Positions 27,097-47,590 of a DNA stretch of 64,000 bases are shown one piece after another. This DNA is from Enoplolaimus lenunculus (Eukaryota): contig JASANG010001414.1 in the NCBI GenBank assembly GCA_030248215.1, positions 558,001-622,000 of the forward strand, written 5' to 3'. Numbering within the stretch: position 1 is the first letter of the stretch; each line of letters opens with the position of its first letter. The translations under genes and the position numbers were made by a program. The notes below the pieces were generated by a model. It was not told where the DNA came from, made no database searches, and saw nothing but the letters and a program-made list of their open reading frames with translations.

Positions 27097-30000
27097 ATCC
27101 TAGGTATTTCGCACAAACACAATCAGTAACAACAAGATACATAATTGGCATCAGCTATAACATATGCTTCGCTACGTCACAATGATAAAACTGCACAAGA
27201 TTCTTGTGTTTGCTTATTCCCAACTTTTTATTTCTTATTGAGATAAAATTAGAAATGTAAATATTAAACGTAAGCACCGTTTGAAAAACACTTTACGCCT
27301 AAGATTTACAACGTTTTATTGGTCATATCAAAATAAACTTCAAATAGTTACGTACATTTTTCCGCCAGTGGCTTCTTGAGCATATTGGCACAATCAAAAA
27401 TCCAACAATTTCTCGTCACAGTCGTTGTTTGGCAAGCAATATAACAGCGACTGTTTAAAATCGAACTTTTATAATAGACGATTATTTAAACTATAAGACA
27501 AATTCATCATAATTTTTGCTTCGTTTAATATGTCGCCCTTTCCCAGCCAAATCCGTCCCTTCTGTTGACGCCCTATGACCTACTTTCATTTCAACTTGAG
27601 CTTGCGTTGAACAACGCTAAGCTTCTTTGAAGTTTCGGGGAAATGTTGCTTTGTGAACCTAACAATAGTAAAACTATAAAGCATATTCCAAAGCCTGCGC
27701 TTCAGCGTAAAACTATAGTTTTTATAAAAGACACAATAGTAAATATAAAGCATATTCCAAAGCTTACGCTTCAGCGTAAAAACTATAGTAGACAAACTAG
27801 ATGAATTTATTGTCAATGTATCAGAAATTTCTCACGCCAGCGAAAGATTTCGGTATATTTTTCTCAAAGGAAACGAAGCCCAGATCATCTGAAGCGCTTC
27901 ATCTCACCACACGAGCTGTCTAAAATACAACTGCAACCAAAGTGCTTTCAACTAGTGATTCAATCTTTAGTACGGACCATAACGAAATGATAAACAGTAG
28001 GCAACATTTTAGATTTCAGCTAACTTTTATAATCGAACTCAAAATAATAAGATATTAAATTGATGATGTCACAATGTTTTAGCTTGTTTCTAGCTTTTTT
28101 ACCAGGCCGGTTCTCGCCCGGTGCACAACACTCAGTCTGAAACTTTTCAGCTAAATCATCCGAAACTTTGGTGCATATGCAAACTATGAATCGCGCGTAT
28201 TGCTGAAAGTGCTAGGAGTTACGCATACTCGTTTCGATTTAAAAGAAGCTTCGACCAAACTTCAACAAGCACTGAGGACCGCAGCTACAAAGTTTTAGTT
28301 GTGAGAGTTTTTGAAAAACCTTTTTAGTACAAATCATGCTGCAACAAAAGGTGAAAAATACCGGAGCCACAGATGAAACAAAATTCGGTAGTTGACATAA
28401 AATTTATTACGAAATGCCGATAATTTTTCCTCAAAACAGTACTGATAGTGATCAAGGCACAGAATGATAAAATTTTTGTAAAACTGGAAAATTTCATCAA
28501 AACGAAACGGCCGGAACCGCAATAGATTTTCTGAAGAAGTCAATAGCTCCGATTGCACCCCAATTATAATGCACCATCCGGGGTATACTGCGCTCTCCAA
28601 TGTCAAAAACTGTCCCACCATTTTAATACCTAGCTAATTTACGAACACTCCCTAAAAATAATGTCCAAAATTTTCGTTAGCTATACAAATGGCCTGCTAA
28701 AGTGCCCGGGCAAAAATGGTGTGTAAAAACATCACAGTTTTAACATACAGTTTAAACTGCATGGTCGATGTTTTTTATAAACTGCATGGTTTAAATTTTT
28801 TCAAATTTTGGTCCGGAAATTCAAATTTCGGCGGGAAATTTAAATTTTGTATACCGGAGGTGAAAAATACCGGAGCCGAATCCGGAGGTCAACAAAACTT
28901 GCTGGAGCCGGAGGTGAGGCGAAATTAAGGAGGAACGATGATGGTTAACTAGTTAATTTTAGCCAATATCTGCAATATGTTGTTAATTTGTTTGGTTTTA
29001 TGCTAATTATCTGCGAATTTTCGGAAATTCTTTCCTGAAAATTGTGACAAAAGTAAAACGCAACGTATTCAAACAGATAAATTTTACAAAATTATGCAAA
29101 ATTGTACTACCGAAATTTCCGGAACCTCCGGCAAAATTTACCGGAGCTCGATTTTCTTCTGGAGCCGGAGGCAGACCTCCGATTATACCCTGATGCAACG
29201 GTTAGACTTGTTTAAATACAATGTTGCAGTTTCCAAACGTATGAGTCAAGTCGTCACCAGTGAAGACGTTCTAGAATAAAGTTGGCTATAGATGTGGTGC
29301 CACAAGACTTATCAAAGCATGTAACAATAGCGTAAATCCCGTATATTTCCACCAAACATGGTTACCAGAACGGGAAAGTGAAAAACAAATGCCACCGAAA
29401 ATTCATTCTTTTTTCTAAGAAATCATACATTAAAACGCTCCAACAACACCACAGAAACATATTTACTGTCAGAAAACAATAAATGACTAAAAGTTAGCGT
29501 TGCTGAAAACCTGGATATAACCGGAAATGAATACCGGAGCCGGAGGTCAACAAGATTTGGAGGTGCCGGAGGCGAGGAGAAACTTGACAGTTAAAATGTT
29601 TAATTAGCTAATTTTAGAAAGTATCTGTAAGATGTTGTTAAACTTTTTTATTTTTAAGCTTATTTTTACAAAACTTTTTAAGCTTATTTTTACAAAATTA
29701 TAACTTGCAGCACGCCACCAAGTTGATTTTGCCTGTATATTTGATAGCAACGCTCATTGGCGTGCTACGGCGCGCGGAGGCGCCTTTCACAGTAACACGG
29801 AAAAACGGTCCGCCCTTTATCTATGCCTGGGCCGTTTTTCTTGCATGTAAAGTTAGCACTGTCTGCTAATAGCCACTCTATCAGATGTTTAAATGGATAT
29901 AGAAAACAGCGCAATCACATACAATCTTATAGATCACTTCTCGTTCCAAATTCATTGGGTAATTTTTAATTTTCTACACGGATCTCGTTTACCCACGGAC

Positions 30001-30338
30001 CACGTTCCACTCTGCACACTAGTACATCGAGCGGCGAAAACAGTCTATTAGGCAAATGTTTTGCTATAGCTTCATAAAAATTTCTTTCGTTCAATATAAG
30101 CTACATTCAAACAGTGGTAAAATTCAAGAGAAGCGGCGAAATTATTCTTTGGGTTATATGACCATTGCTTTCCAAATCCCAACATAAAATTAACGTTTCG
30201 AAAAGGAACTGCAAATTAGAAACCCAGTGTTAACATATTGATGCTTACAAATGATTACAGTGGCACAAGACATTACAATCAAACAAACAAATACCCGCGG
30301 TCGTAAGCACGTAATTTTCTTAGTCACCTTTTACGTAA

Positions 30339-33300
30339 TTAAACAATTATGAGCAACGTAATTGGACAATGATCACTTCCAAGAACATCAGCTCGAGTCA
30401 AAACGTCCACGACGCTGTCTTTCATTCTTTCAGAAACAAGAAAATAATCGAGCCGCCTGTAAAATGTGTACAAACCACATTCAAAATTGAATGTTACACA
30501 CAATAAATTTGCAAAAGACCCTATTTTAAACAGGAAACAATACATGCTTGCAACAGGGATGGGTGGCATCAGACAAAACCAAGACCGAGCGAAACCTGAC
30601 TACCGGGACCGTCCAAGAAAAGTCTGTATCGGTCAATTTTTGGTCATCACTGAAAAACAAATAAAATTTTCAAAATAAATTATTTCTGGTGGTTTTTCGT
30701 AATTTTTTGTATTTTTCATTGCATTTAAAAAGCGAGACAGAGACCTGCCAAATACCCAGACCAAGAATATCATCCCTGGCTTGCAAACAAACAATGCAAA
30801 CAGGATAATAGATTGTATTGCGTGAAAAAACTGACTAGCACCGTACAAAGTGATTGTAGCCTAATTTAGGATTAAGCAATATCAATTTGTTTTAAATAAA
30901 CACAAGATTACAACAGAATGTTCGCAAAAACTATGATATTGTAGAGGGCGCAGTTGGACAACAGTTCACGACTAACACAAGGTAACATTTCGAGACGTGA
31001 ATCTAGATTTCCAACAAAACAAAACTTACCAGCCAACATTTTTCTCCCGAGCATTACCCATATATGTCCAGAATGTGTAAGCTCCTGTGCGGTTAGGATA
31101 TTTTAGTCGAAACGCGTCAATAAATCCATTTGCTAACAATTCCGTCATATCTGCGCGTTCCTCTGGCGTGAATCCAGCGTTTTTCGTGTTGCTTTTCGGA
31201 TTTGTGAGGTCTAAAATAATCTTAAGATAAAAATTGCGTCAAAACGTCACTTTCGTTGCCACCAAAAACATGCCTCAATGACATGAAGTATAACGAAACC
31301 TGAGAGTTTTCATTAGAACGCGATAGTTCTGGTTAAACATATTAAATATACTACAGCGTCAGCTTGACCTAATGTTGGATACACTTCATCCACATTGGAG
31401 TAAAACAAAATCACACGTGCGTTTAACGATGCAAAAACAGTCAAATGTTAAGCATGCGAAGACATTATTGGTTGTGAATCATGCTTTGAGATAGCTAAAG
31501 GAATTTTTCTTTGTAGCAAAAGTGGGCGCGTCATGATTGTGTACATAACTACGTATAAAGAAATACCTAATTCTAAGTTGTCATGGTTGACTTTACACAA
31601 GCATCTATAACCAAACTCACTTCAGTTTGAGAAACTAACCAATTTCAGTGTGAGCAACATTCAGATCGCCCGTATAGATAACCGGCTTTTTCGCATCGAG
31701 ACCTTTTAAATACTTCAATATATCTATGTTCCATTTGCGGCGATAATTTAGACGCACCAAACCGCGACCACTATTCGGAACATCTTAAAACCAAATTTAA
31801 AAACGCAAAGTAAATTGAATGCAGCGCATTATAACATAATGCGACTTGCAAAACTGGTAACAAAACATGTTTATGACTATAATAATGGGAGTCAATACAT
31901 TTAGTATTTAAATGAAAGCAGGTGTTTAAAAGCAAAATGTCATTTGTAATGTTCTAAAAAATTAAAGTTGCTATTACATTTTATATCTAATTGAAAGAAT
32001 TTTCTCAATGCCAGGTGGCAACAAAAGTTCGTATTCGGCAACATTGGCGGTTTGAGATTCAGATTAGGTTGTACAAAAGCCGAGTCCTACAATGTTCAGC
32101 AATATATGCATACATTTTTATTTGTTAAAAAAAAAGATTAAAAAACTTGCTACATATCAATACTTTGTTTCAGGTCACACATCTCAGCAGCAAGGTTGGG
32201 CACAACATATACCATTGGCGAAAACAGTAGATTTGCTGGAGTAATAAATGTTATTAGTTTTGTAGGTCGAAAAGTGATGTTCGCGTTTTAAGATCAACGT
32301 TTAAAAGATATTCCGCTGACATTGCGTTGGTATTCTGAAACAAATTATGGATATATTATCGGAAATTTGCAAAACACTAAAGCTCGAATTCAAATTCGAC
32401 AAATTAGCAACGAATTTTTATTCGGTGCCACCATGCTCACAGGCTCCAACAGCAAAGAATGAATCGAACTCTGCTGTAATCAATCTGCCTTCGTTGTCGT
32501 GTTCTTCGATCCCTGAACCAAAAAAGATTCTATCGATCAGATTAGCTCAGTCATTTATATATTAAAAAATAACGACAAAAAATTTAGCATCTGCCAGTAG
32601 ACGTAAGTTAATGCCGTTTGCTAAACCCATAAGTTTACAAACACCGCAGGTTAATTTATCCAACTTCAAAAATAGAACGACGACCGCAAACAAGCGAAGA
32701 AGGCAAGCATAATACATTCGTTTGAGTTAGCTGCATAGAAAGACGCGAAGCCAAGTAATGAATGTACGAAAAAATTAACATCATTTAAAAGTTGATGACA
32801 TTTAGTTTTCAAACAGAAACAATGCTAAAACAACAGACCGCAACTATCAAGCACATCCCACAAGCACAAAGCATTAATGCGCTAGGTTAAAGAAATTGAC
32901 CCCAAATAGCCGCAAACAGTAATAAAGATCAGATAAAAACATACCCATCCCAAATGTAACGCTGACCGGTTTTTCTTTACAAAGTAACCCTGTGCCAGCG
33001 TATCCTGGCTTGTCACCGCTGCACCAATACATACTGTACCCGCACAATTTCTCGAGATCTTTTGGGCGATCTTTTTCTGAGCACTTCGTCTCTTGGAAAA
33101 ACAAAATATCTGGAGATTCATTTTGGATATAAGTCAAACCATCGTTTTTCTGAAAGTATTAAACGAATGGCATCTGATATGTTTCAAGTATAATAGTAAA
33201 GTAAAATCGTAATTTAAATAACAAGTATTACGTAGGTTTGGCAACAACGACAAAACTGTAGAGCTAAAGTTTGTCTAACAACACTCGACATGTATATAAG

Positions 33301-34162
33301 CATTCAAGATGTAAATAACTCCTGCAACTGCAAGCAACATGGTGAACATAACATACGTATATGCGTAGTTGTTGCAGCTGACAGTTGTTTTAATCATTGC
33401 AAGAAACATCATGTAACAAAACAACAGTTTACAACATACTTTTAGCCAAGCTCTGATACCATTAATATTCCACGTAGAAATTTTTAGCGGAGTCTTGCCG
33501 TTGACAATGGATACTTGATAGTTTTTATCAGCTGTAGTCATACGCATATATTCCAGGTTGGCGTCTCCATTTGCTTCAGTTGTCGACGCGGCGCCATTAG
33601 TATCAGAACTTTCGGTAGAGTCTTTTTTCTGCTCTGACTTAGCTTTTTTGGAACTCTGAAACGTTGCTTCAGTATGCTTAATATCAGGGGGCAACCGAAT
33701 ACCAAAGATACCGAAGTCGGATATTTAATATCATATTTTGACAAAGGTGCAGGTTAAACTTATACGCTAATTAGGTATTTCTTCGTGTGATCACGTTAAA
33801 AATACAGCGAAAAACAAATTATTTTAACATATACAATATTTGGTATCTGGTTCCTGTATACGGTAAAGTAATATCCTGTCGCACCTTGCCAGTAGCCAGA
33901 GGCAAGTCTTTAACAGCATATTTCAAAAGGTTTTTCAATTTTATTCCAACAAGGGTTCTATTAGGCATTAGGTGTGTTTTCTTGGTACACATTAAATTCT
34001 ATAATAGCAAACAAAAGCCACAACGAAATTCTATGATTTCAGTTTGCGTATATAATAGGTTTGTTTCGGAACAAAATTTAGACATCCAAATGAAAAGAAT
34101 AACCAGCATAATTAACGTACAACATTTGGCCCTGCTTTAGATGAACTACGTCGTTTGACCAT
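30339..34162 (-). CDS. APEX1: DNA-(apurinic/apyrimidinic site) endonuclease, APE1/exonuclease III family (nematode exo-3-like), 7 exons, 325 aa
   Basis: Exons 34121-34162, 33440-33655, 32945-33149, 32441-32512, 31640-31783, 31030-31210, 30339-30456; total 978 nt. Basic N-terminus MVKRRSSSK; catalytic motifs [54 protein letters not shown]. Confidence 0.96.
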
Positions 34163-35086
34163 GACACTATTGGTACGAATCCTTAGATGGCAAATTAATG
34201 ATACTGACGAAAGTATATTTCTATGAAATACAGTAAACATGCCAATGGTATATATACATGATTGGGTGTAGTTTAAGTGGTACACCAATTCAAACAATGA
34301 TGAAACATTGTTCAGATAAACTTTTGGTCAAGCGAACGCCAGTCTCGAGATTTCCAAAGATTTTACGCCTTCGATGCAATCCAGGAAAAGCGTTGCGTTA
34401 TTGGCGTCTCCTTTCGTTCTCGCTCACTGTCTCGCGAGTTTTGTTCCGCCATTATCTATTGCGCCCCTCGCGTATGTTCCAAGTTTTTGGATAAAATGCA
34501 GCGCCAATGCTGATACCTTACAAAGAGGGCCCAATCTCTCAGGCGCGTGATACATGTTGTCAGACAGGCTTTATTATTTCCTGCCAAATCCTTTATAACT
34601 TATATAATTTCCGACCAAATTTCACTATTTCGTGGTTGTGCTTTAACTATTATTTTCACGTATTAAACCCACTTTCCAACCAAATTCTATGCGCTCTTTT
34701 CATTGCGCTACTTTATTTCTGCCAATTCACTCTATTTTATCTCTATGTGCCACTTCCAAAATACCATATTTTCTGAGATCGTGTGCTCATTTTCATGTTT
34801 TCGGGCGTTCCATTCGCATTTATATCATTCATTATTATGGAAGTTTAGATAGCTGTTGGGGTATAGCTAGCTAGTATATTCCGCGATTTCGAAATCATAG
34901 CATAATCCAATTTAAGCGGCTACCAGTAATTCCTGGGATATTGTTTTTACGCATTCGGGGCGAATTAACCTATTTAGTATCGGAATCAGCATAATTCAAA
35001 GGCTAGGAATAACTCGGTACCTTACTGATTTTTGGACCGTTGGCGAGTTTGAGTACCGATTGCGAGAGCTGTGTCTGATAGATCCT

Positions 35087-35313
35087 TGTCAGAACTGCAC
35101 GAGCGAGACGACGTCTTTCTCCGATGTACTGTGAATATACATGGTTTTCCCTATATTTCTCCAAACACATGTCCACGCCGGGAATCGAACCTCGGACCTC
35201 TCGCTCGCGAGTCAAGCGGGCTACCCATTACACCACGCGGCCGATGTTATAATTTCCTCTGGTGCTATATGTGCACGTGTGCACATACACAAGCTACACC
35301 GCGTATACCCACA
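35087..35313 (-). mobile_element. 227-bp solo-LTR-like element with an internal tRNA-like gene (35170-35242)
   Basis: TGT...ACA ends and perfect 5-bp TSD ATCCT (35082-35086, 35314-35318); 73-nt tRNA-like segment with A and B boxes. Confidence 0.8.
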
Positions 35314-36950
35314 ATCCTGACAGAATTTGGCGTAGTTTACTTGTTTATATTGGACTTTCCATATATGTGTACTTTCCGGTCGTATAGACTCTCGCTCGAA
35401 ACTTATTCTCGGTAAAATCTCAAAAACGCATTAAAACGTAAAACGATACTAACGTGTCTGAATTTATATCGTTTGATTTGGTTTTGTATTGCTCGCCAGT
35501 AACTGTCAAAACGCGAGTTACAGGTGTGTACAAACCGTAGGAACGCTAAAATCTGTATTGTCGTGTTGCAGAACCAAACAGGACCCGGACTATATCCGCC
35601 TTCGAATCGGTCGAAAATCCTCGTTTTTCACCAGTCAACACCTCATAACAGCATGTGAGTAAGAATCCATTTGCGTATTGTCTTTAAAATTTAGTCAATT
35701 GCGCAAAACGTTAATCATGACATTATCATTGACGATGTAGCAACGGAAGACCTCCAAAAGGTAAATACCTCTCTACTAGCTATGTATATACCGATATACT
35801 ATATAAACAAACGTTCCGTGTCAAATGTTATTCGCTAAACCACAAACACCAAATTTTTGCGCGAAAATAAAAAGATGATGTTCACTCCAAGAATGAGTTT
35901 ACAAGCTGCTTTATACAGCAGCTGTTGTTTAATTTCAGGTAAATTGGTTAAAGAACTTTCAGGCATGTGCTTGTGTTTTTGTTGTTATGTATGTTTGCGA
36001 TGCTATATGAACACAGTGCAATGTGGCTATATAAACACGGTGCAATATGTCTTTACGTCCTTGTTCGGTGTTTCCGGACATTATAGTTCTGCCGTAATAG
36101 AGTGTATTAAAACGACGTCGGGCATTACTCAGACCCAGACATTTTTTTGCAGTAGCGCTTGCAGTATAACGTGGATGTTCCAAAAAATTGACTTTAGCAT
36201 ATTTTCTACTAGGTTTTCTGTTTTACCGGCATTTTTAAAATCTCAAATTAGCGACATTTTCTTAGTTGCTGAAAGATGGCTTTAAGGCTAATTCCTACAG
36301 ATGACAAACATTACTCAAAGTTTTGATGTTGTGAGTTTAAGTAGGGAATTTTCAACACGCATATAAATTATCTCAAATATCAATCAATAGTTGCTGAAGT
36401 CGGCGCCAATGAACTATATTAGTTATTGGACATTCTAAAATGGGATAATTCGTACCCCTAAACGGGATTGCCAATGTATCACAAACGTTCGACCCGTAAA
36501 GTTAAGTTTCTTTAAACTTAAGTGAAAAATCGGCTTAATCAAACGTAAATTTATTAAGTCTATGCTTGCAAAACCCGAATCCGTTTTTTAATTTGAAGGA
36601 AGTAAAATGTGACATCGCGGCGTTCAATATAATCGGCACTGTGCCAGTCCTATTGGAGTTAAAGGCAGCAATTCAAGATACATTTAAAGTTTTACCAGAA
36701 TAAAGCCTAAGCCTAAGCCTAAGCGTATAGACGAGCCTATTCCTAAGCCTAAGCCTAAGCCTACCTAAGGAAAAAATTAGTCTAAAACTTAAACTGACTC
36801 TATTATAGCCCCTCCGGAAAACGATGTGGCCCCGTTCTATACATGGACCGAATGTATGTGACAATTGTCTGTTTAGACGAATCTGATTAAACCAGTGTAA
36901 TGTCCTATATCGTTGGGCACTGTCACAAATATATGTTTAATAGTCGACTA

Positions 36951-37391
36951 CTGTATTGACCCGAATAAGATGGGGTGTTCGACGGGGGGTCCCCATTTTG
37001 AGTCCAAATCAATAGGAGTCCGTATCCCTAAGAGTCCGTAAGCGGATAGAGTCCCTAAACTTTAATTTGAGCCCATAAATGTCAATTTGCCCTAATTGTA
37101 GCGCATAAATGACTACAGGACCAAATAATTTGAATTCGAAACTTTAAAGCGTACCTAAATTTTGAAAGTACATTCATAAGCATTACCTTGTATTGTCAGT
37201 CAAGCTATTGACACAAGACAAATAAATGTTTATTCAACGGATAATTGCAGTACCGGATATATATCCGTAACGAAGGGCGGCGGAGCGTGGGTTAAAAATA
37301 AATAACAGTCTGTAACCGAATAACAAGGGCTTGTACCATCTGGAGAGGCTAAATAAATATCAGTGCCCCCCTCTTATTCGGGTCACTACAG
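36951..37391. mobile_element. Tc1/mariner-like MITE copy
   Basis: TA-CTGTATTGACCCGAATAAGA ... TCTTATTCGGGTCACTACAG-TA. Confidence 0.85.
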
Positions 37392-38262
37392 TACACGTTC
37401 TGGCCCTAGATATTACAATAGCGGGAAACATTTTGTCTGGGCGTTTATCCGCTGTCAATTTTCACTTTAACGAACTGTTTATTTTCACTACCAACTAGGT
37501 ACTCGCAGCCACAGTTTAAAATTATCTGTGTCAAGCCAAGAGGGTATTAGTTCTTAATAAATTTAATCTATTTTTATCGCGCTCATAGGTATGCGATCGC
37601 CGACAGACGCGATTTTCAGTAGTTAAGTTTTTATTTCAATTTCAGAAATTGCCAAAAAAACTGTTGTTAATGACAGAGAAATGTTAGAAAACACAAAAAT
37701 GCAAATTTAATTGAAGTGAAATATCCATGAAAAAAGGGCCACCGAAAGACTCCTCATCATGTGAAAAGCACATCGCTTTGTGAAATATACTCACTGTAAA
37801 ATATATTTATAATTAAGTTAAACTGTTGCCAAATTAAGTGTCGGTTTTACTTACTGTGGGCTTGGCAAAGTTTTACTTAATTTTAAGCAAAGACAAAATT
37901 CTTTATATATAATGTATATATATTTAAAAAGGGGGTCCCAATTTTGTGTCCGAATCAATAGCAGTCCGTATCCCTAATAAGAGTCCGTCAGCGGATAGAG
38001 TTCCTAAATCCTGATTAGAGTCCATAAATGTCAATTAACCCTAATTGTTGCTTATAAATGACTCCAGGACCAAATAACTTGAGTTCGACTGTTTAAAACG
38101 TACTTAAATTTTGAAAATACATTCCTAAGTATATCGTTGAATTATCGCTCAAGCTATTGACACAAGACAAATGAACGTTTAATTCAACGGATAATTGCAG
38201 TACCGGATATATATCAGTAAGGAAGGGCGGCCGAGCGTGGGTAAAAATAAGTAACAGTCCGT

Positions 38263-38757
38263 TGTGAGTATACGCGACTTGTGTATGCGCAGAGTGTGTA
38301 ATGTTAACCCTTTCTCACATGAATATTTTCAATTTCCCCTGAGACCTACTTTTATGCTAGGATTTGAACTCCAGTGACTAGGAGTGGGAGGCGAATACCA
38401 TCACCACTCAGCTATAGGAGCCTGACGTTTGTGGTGATTAAGTACTATGTATACGTGTTGCAATTGTTAAACACAGTGCGATATATATTATTTAACGTAT
38501 ATACACTGCGCTGAGTTGCCTATAGGCAACTCAATGTGAGAAGGGGTTAAGACATCTACATACTTGTTCATATATACCACCAGAAGAAATTAGGATATCG
38601 GCCGCGTGGTGTTATGGGTAGCGCGCTTGACTCGTGAGCGAGAGGTCCGAGGTTTCATTCCCGGCGTGGCCATATCTTTCGGAAGAAATTAAGGGGCAAA
38701 ACAATAATATTCGCGGTACTTCGGAAAAAGATTCGTCCCGACCGTGCAGTTCTGACA
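38263..38757 (+). mobile_element. Second solo-LTR-like element (tRNA-like part 38600-38672), inserted in a Tc1/mariner-like MITE and itself interrupted
   Basis: TGTGAGTATACGCG ... GTTCTGACA with 5-bp TSD TCCGT; uninterrupted MITE copies read AACAGTCCGTAACCG. Confidence 0.8.
38308..38546. mobile_element. piggyBac-like MITE
   Basis: TTAA-CCCTTTCTCACAT ... ATGTGAGAAGGGG-TTAA. Confidence 0.85.
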
Positions 38758-39087
38758 TCCGTAACCGAATAACAAGGGGGGTCTGGAGAGGCCAAATATA
38801 TCAGTCCCCCCTCTTATTCGGGTCAATACAGTAATAAAATAGTTAGTAAAATATAACTAAAGTATTTTAAATATATATAAATATATTATTTAAAATACTT
38901 TAGTTATATTTTACTATTTTATTACTGTAGTGACCCGAATAAGAGGTGGGGACTGATATATATTTGGCCTCTCCACACCCCCCTTGTTATTCGGTTACGG
39001 ATGTCAGAACTGCACGGTCGGGACGACCCCTTCCTCCGAAGTACTGCGAATATATTTGATTTTTCTCCTAAATTTCTCCGAAAGATA

Positions 39088-39160
39088 TGGCCACGCAGGG
39101 AATCGAACCCCGGACCTCCCGCTCGCGAGTCAACCGCGCTACCCATTACACCACGCGGCC
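39088..39160 (-). pseudogene. tRNA-like sequence (anticodon position CGC) within the third, truncated LTR copy (39002 to about 39216)
   Basis: GGCCGCG/CGTGGCC acceptor stem, GGTTCGATTCC B box and a paired T arm, but the anticodon stem is not paired. Confidence 0.7.
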
Positions 39161-39902
39161 GATATCATAATTTCCTCGGGTGGAATATGTGCACGAGTAT
39201 GTATGTGTTTTAACATTATATATATATTTATATATACATATATATAAATATATAAATATATACATATTGTTTTTACATAGTATAAGCATCGTTTCATCCA
39301 TTGATATTTGAACCCCAAATTCGCGTGCCAGAATCCGATTCAATCTCATAACATAAATAATCATCTTCAATTAAATTAAGAACTTCAAGGAACACCAAAT
39401 CTTATTGTCTTTCGAGTATCTGCCCAAACAAATATCATGGTACAACCGGAGATCTATCCGCGGTTCCAGCTACGACGGATGAACCTAGAACTCAGACTCC
39501 GTCAAAATTTTTGCCAGTGTTCCTTTTAGTTCCGCAGTAGCCTAGTCATATTTTTAACATTTTTATAATATAAAATTGTGCCTTTTGGCGAGTTTTTTTA
39601 TAACTTTGGGGTCAGTTTTCGACGGTTTCATTGTGAAATTGTTTCAAAACGCCAGCTTAAAACCAAGTTTTTGGGCATATTTGTAGATTACTGTGCAAAT
39701 TGGCAAATTCAACGCAAATTTTATTATACCCCTAAGATTTGCTTTATCCATGTGACTTCGGCTCCGGCTCCGATTTTTTCATTTTGGGTTCTAATTGTGT
39801 CCTAATTTATACAGTTTCAAGCCTATCTGTTGGCCAGCAATTCCTAAGCCTAAACCTAAGCCTAAAGATTAACCCTAAGCAACAACTTAAGGATCCGCCT
39901 AT

Positions 39903-40247
39903 CAGGGTGCAACCGGAATTCCGGCTCCGGTAGGAAAATCCGATATTTTTCAATATCCGGTTCCGGTAATATATCCGGAATTTTTTCACCGGAATTTTCG
40001 TGCGTGTTGCCGAAACTTTCAATTTGTGCCATACTCCATAATATATCATATGTTTCCACCTACTGCATTTGTTTCAGGAGTCTGGCATTTTAAATTGTGT
40101 GTTTACAGCATTAAAAGCGGTAAAATAGCGTTAAAAATAAATTTTCCGGTAACAAGTATTTTTTATTTTCCGGTCCCGGCTCCGGTTCCGGTTCTGGTAT
40201 TTTCTAACATTCCGGTTCCGGTATTTTATAATTCCGGTTGCACCCTG
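39903..40247. mobile_element. hAT-like MITE, CAGGGTGCAA-end family
   Basis: CAGGGTGCAACCGGAATT ... AATTCCGGTTGCACCCTG, imperfect 8-bp flanks CCGCCTAT / CCGCCAAA, many subterminal TCCGG motifs. Confidence 0.8.
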
Positions 40248-40321
40248 CCGCCAAATAACTAAGCCTAGCGTAGAATTAAATAACTCGACGCGCTCCTAAA
40301 TATATTTGTACTCAACGGCAC

Positions 40322-47590
<7,269 letters not shown>

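Noticed and set aside
38600..38672. Functional tRNA genes at 35170, 38600 and 39088
   Set aside because: Anticodon stems are imperfect, anticodons differ between copies, there is no G3:U70 alanine identity pair, and all lie inside a repeat with TSDs.
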